A stretch of 64,000 nt of DNA. It comes from an uncultured Bacillota bacterium (GTDB taxonomy: Bacteria > Sysuimicrobiota > Sysuimicrobiia > Sysuimicrobiales > Segetimicrobiaceae). This document shows positions 30,044-39,345 of this stretch, one piece after another. The translations under genes and the position numbers were made by a program. Under the pieces are notes generated by a model. The model made no database searches and had not been told where the DNA came from. It saw nothing but the letters and a program-made list of their open reading frames with translations. The stretch lies in the NCBI GenBank assembly GCA_963804645.1, contig CAWDRG010000017.1, forward strand, positions 320,001 through 384,000. Direction: 5' to 3'. Numbering within the stretch: the stretch's first letter is position 1; each line of letters opens with the position of its first letter.

Positions 30044-30583
30044 TCACGAGGACTTTCTCGCCGTGTTTCCAAGGGGGCGGAGGATCATGATCGGAATTTC
30101 GCGGCTGGTACGCTTCTGGTAGTCCACATACCCCGAGTATTCCGCAACGAACAGCGGCCAGAGTCGGCTCCGCTCCCCCGTATCGGCCTCGTGGGCCGTC
30201 ACCGGGACCAGCCGGCGACCGATTTGAAGGTGCGCATTGGGATTGGCCCGCAGATTCAACCACCAGGCCGGAGGCTGATCGAGTCCGCCGTGTGACGCGA
30301 TGACGACGACCGTATCCGAGTCGTCGATGCTCAGCAATGGAACCGTGTGCGGCTTGCCGGTTTTGCGTCCGGTCGTCGTGAGGAGGACGAATCGGCCGTT
30401 GGGAAGTCCGAATCGTCCTCCGGCCACCCCGCCGGTCACGCGGTAGATAAACAGATGCAGCCGACTCATGACTCGTATGAATTCACGCAGCGCCGCCGTG
30501 GATCCGCCGATTGACCGCATCACCCTGCGCAGCATCGCCGCGAGTAAGTGCGTCGAGGGCGCCTCGTCGCGCGGCCTAGTCAT
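30044..30583 (-). CDS. Deazaflavin (F420)-dependent nitroreductase family oxidoreductase
   Basis: LLTTTGRKTGKPHTVPL, ASHGG, PAWWLNLRANP, YQKRTSREIP. Confidence 0.93.
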   Translation of the reverse strand: MTRPRDEAPSTHLLAAMLRRVMRSIGGSTAALREFIRVMSRLHLFIYRVTGGVAGGRFGLPNGRFVLLTTTGRKTGKPHTVPLLSIDDSDTVVVIASHGGLDQPPAWWLNLRANPNAHLQIGRRLVPVTAHEADTGERSRLWPLFVAEYSGYVDYQKRTSREIPIMILRPLGNTARKSS

Positions 30584-30598
30584 GGTGCGGCATCCTCG

Positions 30599-30841
30599 TC
30601 AACTGACCAGTTTGCGCTCGATCCCAGCGATGATGTCGCCAAACGTCTGGATCTGCCGGAGGTCGGCCGTGGCGATATTAATCTTGAACAACCGTTCAAA
30701 CGCGAGCGCCAGCCGCAGGACATCAAGGGAATCAATCCCAAGGTCCACGAGCTTCGTCCCGGGGTCGATCCGATCGAAACGACGCCCGGTTTCCTGCCCG
30801 ATCACGTTTGTTGCGATCGTCACGACCTCGTCCCGCGTCAT
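30599..30841 (-). CDS. Acyl carrier protein
   Basis: 80 aa; DLGIDSLD phosphopantetheine site. Confidence 0.92.
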   Translation of the reverse strand: MTRDEVVTIATNVIGQETGRRFDRIDPGTKLVDLGIDSLDVLRLALAFERLFKINIATADLRQIQTFGDIIAGIERKLVS

Positions 30842-30928
30842 GGCTCACTCCCCTCTTCTCGAGCGTCGCCCATGAAGGGACCTGCGATGACCCGTGCCCC
30901 GCTCCATCGCCCGATCATCCGGACTGCC

Positions 30929-32182
30929 TCACCCGGTATACCGACTGACAATGAGCACCGCATTGCTGCCGCCAAACGCAAATGAGTTGCTCATGGCGTG
31001 GCTGACATTCCAAGACCTGGCGCCCTCCGCCACGTAGTCCAAGTCGCACTCGGGGTCCGGCACCCGGAGATTGATTGTTGGAGGCACGACATTGTCGCGA
31101 ATCGAAAGCACGCAGCTGATCAGTTCGAGGGCGCCGCTGGCCGCGATCGAATGACCGATCGCCCCTTTGATGCCCACGACCGGAATACGTCCCGCGCGGG
31201 CCCCAAACACGGCCTTGATGCCGGCGGTCTCCGTCTTATCGTTCCACATCGTCGCCGTGCCGTGCGCATTGATGTAATCAATCTGTTCGGGGGGCAGATG
31301 CGCATCGGCCAATGCCAGCCGCATCGCATCACTGGCGCCCTCGGAGGAAGGCTGAGTCAGATGATAGCCATCGCTCGTGGCGGCGTACCCGGTGACCTCC
31401 GCGAGAATGCTGGCCCCCCGCTCGCGAGCGGACCTTTCAGACTCGAGCACGAGAATACCTGCGCCTTCGCCCAGCACGACGCCGTCACGATCTCGACTAA
31501 ATGGGCGACAGGCCACCGCTGGATTGTCGTTCTGTTCAGACAGCGCGCGGAGCGCCGACCACGCGTGAATCAGTGATGCGGAGAGGGACGAGTCAGCGCC
31601 GCCGGTCAGGACCATGGGCACCACGCCGAACCGGATCAGGTTGAACGCATAGCCGATGGCATGGGACGACGACGCGCAGGCCGCATCGATAGTCATCAGC
31701 GGACCTTTAAAGCCAAACTTGATCGACACGTTGGAAGCCGGCGCATTGTTCATCAGGATGGGCAGGGTCATCGGATCCCGGATGGTTTTCTCTATGAAAA
31801 ACCTCAGCAGTGCCGGTTCGAAGCCGACAAATCCCCCGGACGTCCCCCCCAAGACCACGCCCAGCCCCAAGGGATCGCAGTCGCTGACATCGAGGCCCGC
31901 ACTCCGCACGGCCTCAGTCGCGGCGACAAGCGCAAGTTGGGACACGAACCCCATCCGCTTCAAGTCCCGTGGAGAAAAGTACAGACTGGGATCGTACCCG
32001 GCGATGCGCGCCCCGATACGAGTCCGACACGTCGACAAGTCGATGTCCGTCAGCATCACTACGCCGGACTTGCCCGCGAGCAACCCCGTCCAAAACTGGT
32101 CCACCGAGCACCCGAGCGGACTCGCCACCCCGAGACCTGTAATGACGACTCGCTGGCAGTCAACACTGCGCCCCTCAGGCAC
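30929..32182 (-). CDS. Beta-ketoacyl-ACP synthase II (FabF-like)
   Basis: RVVITGLG, AACASS, NAHGTAT, GH, SNSFAFGGSNA. Confidence 0.95.
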   Translation of the reverse strand: MPEGRSVDCQRVVITGLGVASPLGCSVDQFWTGLLAGKSGVVMLTDIDLSTCRTRIGARIAGYDPSLYFSPRDLKRMGFVSQLALVAATEAVRSAGLDVSDCDPLGLGVVLGGTSGGFVGFEPALLRFFIEKTIRDPMTLPILMNNAPASNVSIKFGFKGPLMTIDAACASSSHAIGYAFNLIRFGVVPMVLTGGADSSLSASLIHAWSALRALSEQNDNPAVACRPFSRDRDGVVLGEGAGILVLESERSARERGASILAEVTGYAATSDGYHLTQPSSEGASDAMRLALADAHLPPEQIDYINAHGTATMWNDKTETAGIKAVFGARAGRIPVVGIKGAIGHSIAASGALELISCVLSIRDNVVPPTINLRVPDPECDLDYVAEGARSWNVSHAMSNSFAFGGSNAVLIVSRYTG

Positions 32183-33242
32183 GGTGTCTCGCGTCCTTCG
32201 TCCAGCGCACGACAACCGCGCCGTAGATCCACTTGGTCGCTTCCGTCGGCAGAAGCACCAGCAGATCGTCGGATTGCAGCGCTCCCCCACGGTTCATGTG
32301 GTCTAACGCCATGTAGATGCTTGCCGACACCGTATTCCCCACACGCGCAAAATCCGACACGATCTTCGCCTCTGAAATCCCCATCTGCGCGGCCGTCGTG
32401 TTGATCAAATGACCGCTCACCTGTGGCGGAATGAAGAAATCGACCGTCGACAAGTCGTAGCCTTTCTGCTCCCGCAGCCACTGGGCCGCCGATTGAATCA
32501 GCTCCGGCCCGTGCGTCATGATGGCTTGGAAATCATGATAGAAGAGCCTCTCGCGGCGACCATCGGCCAGTGGAGATCCCGCCGGCGACAGCGCCCCGCC
32601 CGCTCGCAGCAGCATGGCGGCCGGCCGGCCCGTGCTGATCGACCGGGACATGCAATCAAGAATGCCGCCGCTCCCCGAACCCAGGGCCAGCACGGCCGCG
32701 CCGGCACCGTCGCCAAACATCGAGATGCTCGTGAGAAAGTCTTTGTCTGTCTCGCGATCCTGCGGGTTGAACACTGCGATGAACGGCGAAATCAAATCAC
32801 TCCCGATGAGCAACGCGCGTGTCGAGGTGCCCGCCGCCAGCAGATGGGACGCAATCATAAAGGCCTGTCCCATGCCGCCGCACCCGGCACGTAGTTCAAC
32901 GACGCAGCAATTCGGGAGTCCAAGCTGTTCCTGCACGAACAGCACGGTGGCGGGAAACGGGTAGTCGGGGGTGCACGTGGACATCACGATCAGATCGATC
33001 GACTGTGGATCGATCTTCGCGTCCTGGATCGCTCGGCGCGCGGCAGTGGTCGCCATGCTCGCGTTCGTCTCGCCCGGCCGGAGCGCAAGCGTTTCCAGAT
33101 CGATGGCAAAGTGGCGGGTGCGTGCACCCAGCATCTCAGAGAGCCACAATACCTGACGTCCGAACACGGCCGCTAACTGCTCGTTACTGATGGGTTCTCC
33201 CGGCAGATACGAGCCGGTGCCAATTATTTCCACGGTTGTCAT
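32175..33242 (-). CDS. 3-oxoacyl-ACP synthase III (FabH)-like protein
   Basis: GTGSYLPG, TCTPDY, AGCGG catalytic Cys, FGDGAGA, GNTVSASI; PPQ in place of HQ. Confidence 0.9.
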   Translation of the reverse strand: MTTVEIIGTGSYLPGEPISNEQLAAVFGRQVLWLSEMLGARTRHFAIDLETLALRPGETNASMATTAARRAIQDAKIDPQSIDLIVMSTCTPDYPFPATVLFVQEQLGLPNCCVVELRAGCGGMGQAFMIASHLLAAGTSTRALLIGSDLISPFIAVFNPQDRETDKDFLTSISMFGDGAGAAVLALGSGSGGILDCMSRSISTGRPAAMLLRAGGALSPAGSPLADGRRERLFYHDFQAIMTHGPELIQSAAQWLREQKGYDLSTVDFFIPPQVSGHLINTTAAQMGISEAKIVSDFARVGNTVSASIYMALDHMNRGGALQSDDLLVLLPTEATKWIYGAVVVRWTKDARHRA

Positions 33243-33316
33243 GGCTCACCAGTCGTTTGCCGTCCCCCACGGATAGTCCTCCACCCGTGATGTGGCGTGT
33301 TCACGGCGGCGCGTGC

Positions 33317-34054
33317 TCAGAGCTTCAAGAGGGAGAAGACCACCGGCGCGAGGAACAAATTCGCCCCGTGTGTCAGAATGCAGGGCCACAACGATCGCGT
33401 GCGATAGTACGCCCACGCCCAGAACAGCGCCAACCCCGCAGCCCACACGAAGTACGCCGCCCCAGCCACGACCGGGTAGGCCGGGAGCAGATAGACCAGT
33501 TGCACGGCATGGCGGAGGCCGAACAAGAACGCCGAGATGACCGCGGCCTTGGTTGGAGACATATGATACATGAGTCCCTTGAACAGGAACCCGCGGTAGA
33601 AGAATTCTTCGCCGAACATGGGCCAGATACCCACCAACAAATACCCGACGAGCACCACAGTCATTCGACCGTAACGCATGATGTAGAGATGGCCAAAGAG
33701 CTTGTACGTGGCGAGGAGGTTCCAGTTCGGATCCCCGATTCTCCCCGCCGCACGTAACAGCACACTGTACAGCACGAGATAGGCGCCGATAAAAAGCAGG
33801 GCCAGCGTGAATGGCGCAACCACGAGACGAAGATCAGCGACGAGCTCCCGCCAGGGATTACCGACGGGAAGACACCTAAACCAAACGGGAATGAGTACCG
33901 TCAAGAGCGCATACGCGATCGGAAACGGCGCGTAGATCCAGCCTTTCCAACTCTCCACCAGCGCCAGTCCGGTGACGGCCAGCCCGATGGACAGCATCGC
34001 CGCAGGCGAGACGCTCCGGAGGCCGCTCCGCATCTCGGCGAGTTTGGCGTTCAT
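33317..34054 (-). CDS. CPBP (CAAX/Abi) intramembrane glutamic endopeptidase
   Basis: GEEFFYRG, FGLRH, HGAN motifs with several TM helices; alternative start at 34120. Confidence 0.9.
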   Translation of the reverse strand: MNAKLAEMRSGLRSVSPAAMLSIGLAVTGLALVESWKGWIYAPFPIAYALLTVLIPVWFRCLPVGNPWRELVADLRLVVAPFTLALLFIGAYLVLYSVLLRAAGRIGDPNWNLLATYKLFGHLYIMRYGRMTVVLVGYLLVGIWPMFGEEFFYRGFLFKGLMYHMSPTKAAVISAFLFGLRHAVQLVYLLPAYPVVAGAAYFVWAAGLALFWAWAYYRTRSLWPCILTHGANLFLAPVVFSLLKL

Positions 34055-34155
34055 CCTATCCGCAGGTACCGGAAACGCCCAGCGCAACGGTGTGCCCCCG
34101 TTGACCGGTCGCGATCTCATGCCGGCCCCGACCGTGGGCTCGGAACGTCCGGCGC

Positions 34156-35010
34156 CTAGGCAAGAGACGCGTAGAACTCTCGAATCACTTTGTTCACCGC
34201 GGCCCCATCGACGTAGTTCACAAAGTGCTGTCCATCGACGATGACGACGGCCTGGGACCCAGTGGGCAGAAGGCGCGCCATCCGTTGGGCTTGGCTCACA
34301 GACACGACCCGGTCGTGATCTCCACAGATGACGACGCATGGCACTTGAAGCTCGCCGGCGACGGGGCGATGCTCGGTCAGGTTGGGCAGGATGCTGTTCT
34401 TAAAGAGGCGCGTGAGGTCGGGAATCGTGGCGGCGCGTTCCACGATCCATTTCGGTTGAATCTGCGTTCCGCCGACAAACTTTCCCAACATGCCGGCGAA
34501 AACACGGGACGGGACACATCCTTCGATTGGAAACTGCGACAGCAGGCGCAGAAGAAATTGAAACGGCTGGGGGAACGCATACTTGTCGGCCAGCCCAATA
34601 AACACGATCGATCGGCATTTCTCCGGCCATCGCTTTGCCAGATAGTATGCCGCGGACCCGGTATCACCCCACACGATGATGTGCGTGCGCTCAAGCCCGA
34701 GTCGCTTCATCAGCGACACCGCCTCATTGGCGCGATCGGCGATTCCGACGCGTGATCGCGCGCTCAGGCGGGGTTTGTACAGGATCATGCGATGGTTGGA
34801 CTGGAATTCCTCGATTTGAGCCGCATACACGAAGTTGAGTTCCGGCGTCATCGGAAGCAGAAGGATTGGATCTCCCTGTCCAGAATCAAAGACTTCCAGG
34901 GGATCTCCACCGTCCACGGTCAACGTATGCATGTGGAGATCGATTGACTGCTGATCGCTATTCGCTTGATCCAAGAGAGACCCGGGCACCCAGGAGCGCG
35001 TCCATGCCAT
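34156..35010 (-). CDS. Alpha/beta-fold hydrolase with atypical nucleophile elbow
   Basis: GQGDPILLL, WGDTG elbow, GDHDRVV, GQHF. Confidence 0.8.
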   Translation of the reverse strand: MAWTRSWVPGSLLDQANSDQQSIDLHMHTLTVDGGDPLEVFDSGQGDPILLLPMTPELNFVYAAQIEEFQSNHRMILYKPRLSARSRVGIADRANEAVSLMKRLGLERTHIIVWGDTGSAAYYLAKRWPEKCRSIVFIGLADKYAFPQPFQFLLRLLSQFPIEGCVPSRVFAGMLGKFVGGTQIQPKWIVERAATIPDLTRLFKNSILPNLTEHRPVAGELQVPCVVICGDHDRVVSVSQAQRMARLLPTGSQAVVIVDGQHFVNYVDGAAVNKVIREFYASLA

Positions 35011-35349
35011 CTGCTATCCCCCTTGCGCCGTTGACCCCTGGATGAAGCCTCCGGATCGGCACCAATTCCTCGGTCTGCCCGCACGTCGGTTCGCCGGGCG
35101 TCTCATTCAGTCGCGCCGCTCCTCGCTCCCTGATTGCGCCTCCCGATCGAAGCGCCTTCGCATCAGAAAGGCGCACGATGACGGCCCGCCACACCGGTGC
35201 GCCCACCTCTCCTGCGGTCGTCCAGGCGCCCGCGCCTGTGCGTCTCCAAGGTTTTGCTCCCCGATCACCGATGTCCTGTCTCTCTGGGCGGTCGCCTCAC
35301 TCCTCCGACCACGCGGCGAACTGGGGAAACTCCTCGAAAGGACGCACGC

Positions 35350-36246
35350 ATGGTAGGTCACCGAGTGCCAAGCGTGGGCGCAGCCGTGGTGACGGGAACC
35401 TCGAGTGGAATCGGCGAGGCATGTGCCTTGCGCTTGGACCAGTCGGGCTTTCGAGTCTTCGCGGGCGTCCGCCGGGAGGCGGATGGCGCGACGCTACGGG
35501 GCCGGGCATCTGATCGCCTGACCCCGATTCTCCTCGACGTCACGGATGCCGAGTCCATCAGCTCCGCCGTGCGCGTCGTGACGGCGGCCGTCGGACCGGC
35601 TGGGTTAGCTGGATTGGTCAATAATGCCGGCATCCTCGTTGCCGGCCCTCTCGAATTTCTTCCGGTGTCGGAAATCCGCAAGCAGTTTGAGGTCAACACC
35701 ATCGGGCAGATCGCGGTGACGCAGGCGTTTCTCCCGCTCCTTCGACACGGTCAGGGTCGGATTGTCAACATGGGGTCGGTCGGCGGCAGACTTGCCATGC
35801 CGTTCATCGGGCCGTACAATGCATCGAAGTTCGCGATGGAGGCGTTCACCGCCGCCCTTCGTATTGAGCTCCGCGCGTGGAATATCCCCGTCTCCATCAT
35901 CGAACCCGGCTTTATCGCCACGCCGCTTTGGGAACGCTCCCTCGCCAGCGCGGACGCCATGCTCGAGACCTTCCCGCACGAAGCCGACCAGCTCTACGGC
36001 GAATTGATCGCGGCAACACGCGAGTCTTACATGAAGGTGGGTAAACCGGGGATCCCTGCCGATGCGGTCGCCAGGACCGTCGTCGAGGCGCTCACCGCCG
36101 CGAGACCCAAGACGCGGTACGTTGTGGGGAGAGGTACCAACCTGCAGACCGTGCTGCTCGCGAGCCTACCCGATCGGCTTCGCGACTTCCTTATTTCCTA
36201 TTGGTTGCGAAAAACCGCGAAGGGAGGCTCCGCCTCCCGTCCGTGA
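35350..36246 (+). CDS. SDR oxidoreductase (retinol/17beta-HSD-like subfamily)
   Basis: TGTSSGIG, LVNNAGI, YNASK, IIEPG. Confidence 0.93.
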   Translation: MVGHRVPSVGAAVVTGTSSGIGEACALRLDQSGFRVFAGVRREADGATLRGRASDRLTPILLDVTDAESISSAVRVVTAAVGPAGLAGLVNNAGILVAGPLEFLPVSEIRKQFEVNTIGQIAVTQAFLPLLRHGQGRIVNMGSVGGRLAMPFIGPYNASKFAMEAFTAALRIELRAWNIPVSIIEPGFIATPLWERSLASADAMLETFPHEADQLYGELIAATRESYMKVGKPGIPADAVARTVVEALTAARPKTRYVVGRGTNLQTVLLASLPDRLRDFLISYWLRKTAKGGSASRP

Positions 36247-36318
36247 GACTCCGGGTAGCGATGTCTCATGAAGCTGACGCCCCGGTCATGTCGACGTGAG
36301 ACACGCCGGTCCCGCGAT

Positions 36319-37788
36319 CTAGGAACGCCGAAGAAGCTTCTGCGAGATTTCCCGGAAACTCGTCCACCCCGCGATCAAAAACGCGCTCGATACCGAGAAG
36401 AGAAGCAGCCATGTTTCCGGATAATTCCGTCCGACAGCCAGGACCAGGGCGATCAGCGCCAGCACGCCGACCACGATCTCCAGCGCGGCAATCCGCGCCG
36501 AGCTCTCGAGCCACCGCCTCCTGCTGCTTCGTATCACGGCATCGGCGCCGGGCCTCGGGGTGGGAACAAACTCCATGGTGGAGCGTCTGATCGTGTCCCA
36601 GAATCCCGCCAAGATGGAGACCGACACACCGATCGCCAGCGGGAGCGCCCGCAGTACTAGGATGCCCCGTCCCTGCCAGTCCCGGTAGAGCAGCTTCTCC
36701 GACAGGAGCACCTCCAACGCCGGCGGAAACAGCACCAGGGTCGCCATGAGCCCGACCTGCGCGGTGAGCCAGATCCCCGATCGCGGAAGTCCAAGCCCCA
36801 CGTAGAGTCCAGTGGCCAAGGCCACGAGCAGCAGGCAGGGCATACTGAGCTCGAGGTGCAGCAGGGAGAGTTCCAGAAACTTGTTGCCGATCCCGCTGCG
36901 TCGCTTGAACGCCTGGCGCCAATGGTCAAAAAAGATGCGTAGGGCCGCCCGAGCCCATCGTCGCTGCTGGTTCTTATACGCGAGGTAGGTTTCGGGCAGT
37001 TCACTGCTCGACAGCGCCTCATCCACAAACGCGACGGTCCAACCAGCGATTTGAGCTCGGCAACTGAGGTCGATGCCGTCATCGGTGAACGGCGCCTCGC
37101 GCCACCCACCGAGCGCGTCAATCACGCTCCTCCGCCAGACGCCATTCGTACCGAGATAGATGCTCGACTCGCCCATCGTTTGCCGAATCGCGTCGAAACA
37201 AAACAGGCTGTCAAGCACCCCTGCCTGAAGCATCGTCAGCGGCGACGTCGAATCGTTTAGGAAATCCCATCGCGCGTGCACGGCACCCACCCGGTCGTTC
37301 TGAAAGCACGGGACCGTTTTCAGCAGAAAATCCGAGTGCGGGACAAAATCGGCGTCGAAGATCGTCACCAGGTCGCCGTTCGCTCGGAGGTGCCCGTAGT
37401 TCAACGCGCCCGACTTGTACCCCGCTCTCTCGCTCCGATGAACGTACTCGACCCGAATCGGCCCGTCCCGGTATGCGTCAACGATCTCCGCGGCGAGTCT
37501 CGCCGCATCGCCCTCCGAGTCGTCGAGTACCTGCACGGCCAACCGCCCCGCGGGGTACTGCATCTGCACGACAGCGGACAGCAATCGGTGCAGCACCTGG
37601 TGTTCCCGGTACACGGGGAGTTGGACCACGACCGATGGCCACACTCCACCCGTGGACGGCCACGCGTCAGGGCTGGACGGGCTGTGCCTCCGTCGCCGCT
37701 CGGTGAACAAATAATAGATGATGACGACGACTCGGAGTTCTGCCAAAATGAAAAACACCAACCCGAGGTACAGAACAAAAATGAGCAT
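36319..37788 (-). CDS. Membrane glycosyltransferase family 2 (cellulose-synthase-like fold)
   Basis: QLPVY, VLDDS, GYKSGALN, FDADF, QRRW motif, flanking TM helices. Confidence 0.92.
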   Translation of the reverse strand: MLIFVLYLGLVFFILAELRVVVIIYYLFTERRRRHSPSSPDAWPSTGGVWPSVVVQLPVYREHQVLHRLLSAVVQMQYPAGRLAVQVLDDSEGDAARLAAEIVDAYRDGPIRVEYVHRSERAGYKSGALNYGHLRANGDLVTIFDADFVPHSDFLLKTVPCFQNDRVGAVHARWDFLNDSTSPLTMLQAGVLDSLFCFDAIRQTMGESSIYLGTNGVWRRSVIDALGGWREAPFTDDGIDLSCRAQIAGWTVAFVDEALSSSELPETYLAYKNQQRRWARAALRIFFDHWRQAFKRRSGIGNKFLELSLLHLELSMPCLLLVALATGLYVGLGLPRSGIWLTAQVGLMATLVLFPPALEVLLSEKLLYRDWQGRGILVLRALPLAIGVSVSILAGFWDTIRRSTMEFVPTPRPGADAVIRSSRRRWLESSARIAALEIVVGVLALIALVLAVGRNYPETWLLLFSVSSAFLIAGWTSFREISQKLLRRS

Positions 37789-37927
37789 AGCGCTCCTTCG
37801 GCAGCGACGTCCGTCAAATACGTTGCGGTGACTCCCTGCTCCTCTTCGCGCGATCGCATCGTGTGTGCACACGATCACCCACGCACGCCTCGATCGCCCC
37901 GCGGCCTCGCCGCACCGCCGTCTCGAC

Positions 37928-37956
37928 TTGCCCCGTCGGGGAGCGGGTGCTAGCAT
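37928..37956 (+). promoter_or_regulatory. Sigma70-type promoter for the btaA-like gene
   Basis: TTGCCC, 17-bp spacer, TAGCAT with extended TG. Confidence 0.55.
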
Positions 37957-38017
37957 ACAGGCGAGACACCATGAGGAGTCCCCTTCCCTGACGCCTGCGG
38001 CATCGCCCCAGCCACGC

Positions 38018-38051
38018 AAGGCCTTCGTCGAGTGGGGCCTTTTGTCTTTTT
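38018..38051 (+). terminator. Intrinsic terminator within the 5' leader of the btaA-like gene
   Basis: AAGGCCTT/GGGGCCTT stem followed by TTGTCTTTTT. Confidence 0.6.
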
Positions 38052-38121
38052 CAGGCCCGGCCATGGTCAGGGTCATACGGCACTCCCGTCACGTCCATGG
38101 CGCATCGGAGAGGGCATCGCG

Positions 38122-39345
38122 GTGCGCGCTGCGATAGGCCGCGTGATGGAGCAAGTCTACTTTCGCGGCATCGTCTTTAACCAGTCATGGGAAGATCCAG
38201 AAATGGACCGGCAGGCCCTTCAGATTGCGCGGGATCGGGACGTCGTCGTCTCCGTGACGTCCGGCGGCTGCAATAGTCTCAACCTGTTGTGCTTGAGCCC
38301 AAAAGAAATCATCTGTATCGATTCGAACCCGGCCCAAACGTATCTGATGGACCTCAAGTTGGCCGGCATCCGACAGCTTGACTACGACGACTTTTTCGGA
38401 TTCTTTGGAGCGACGACCCCCGAGCGCTCAAAAACGCTCTACGACTCAGCGTTGCGTGACGCGCTGCCCGCTCCGGCACGCCGATTTTGGGATCGCAACA
38501 TTCGACTATTTCAAAAGGGCATATACTCTCAGGGAAAATTGGGACTATTCTTGCGCTTCGTTCGCCTCTGCCTGCGCAGCAGTCTCCGAGAGCCGGTCAT
38601 TCGTGACTTCTTTCACGTCGAAAGCCTGACGGAGCAGCGGGAGTACTACGCCACCAAGATCGCCCCCAAAATCTGGCGCAGCCCGCTGCTACGGATCTTG
38701 AATTCCCGAGTCCTCATGTATCTGGCCGGGATGCATCCCAAGCAGTATGACTTGATCGACCACCACATGGGGATCGAACAGTTCATTCGAGCACGGGTCG
38801 ACCACTTGCTCACCAGCATACCGGTGCGCACAAACTATTTCCTCGCGCAGGCGGCGTTAGGCGGATATCTTGACCGCGAAAGCGTTCCGCCATATCTGCT
38901 CGAGGCCAACTTCGTGACGCTCAAGCGCAACGTCGATCGAGTCACAAATGTGACCGATCGGCTGGATGCGTATCTTGACCAAAGGGCCGACGCGTCGATC
39001 GACAAATTCAATCTGCTGGACATCTTCGACTGGATGGATCCGACCATGTTTCGAACCACGCTGAGCGGTGTCGTTCGAGTCGGCTCCGAGGGCGGACGGT
39101 TTATCTACCGCTCCACCGTTCGAGTCCTTCCGCCGCCAGATGAACTCCTCGGCATGGTCGTGGGTGAGCCAGACTTGGCCGCGGACCTACTCCAATCGGA
39201 TCGTTCGGGACTGTACAGCAGTTTTTATGTGTACCGCATCTGTAAGACCGGCGGCGAGCTCGAAGCATCGGCCCTCGCGCTGCGCCCACGCCTCGCCACA
39301 GAGATCGGGACTCTCAGACGTGAGCAGGATACGACGGTTGGGTAG
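38122..39345 (+). CDS. BtaA/DUF3419 family SAM-dependent 3-amino-3-carboxypropyl transferase
   Basis: FNQSWEDPEMDRQAL, TSGGCNSL, DSNPAQ, NYF, PPYL, LLDIFDWM, DRSGLY. Confidence 0.9.
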   Translation: MRAAIGRVMEQVYFRGIVFNQSWEDPEMDRQALQIARDRDVVVSVTSGGCNSLNLLCLSPKEIICIDSNPAQTYLMDLKLAGIRQLDYDDFFGFFGATTPERSKTLYDSALRDALPAPARRFWDRNIRLFQKGIYSQGKLGLFLRFVRLCLRSSLREPVIRDFFHVESLTEQREYYATKIAPKIWRSPLLRILNSRVLMYLAGMHPKQYDLIDHHMGIEQFIRARVDHLLTSIPVRTNYFLAQAALGGYLDRESVPPYLLEANFVTLKRNVDRVTNVTDRLDAYLDQRADASIDKFNLLDIFDWMDPTMFRTTLSGVVRVGSEGGRFIYRSTVRVLPPPDELLGMVVGEPDLAADLLQSDRSGLYSSFYVYRICKTGGELEASALALRPRLATEIGTLRREQDTTVG

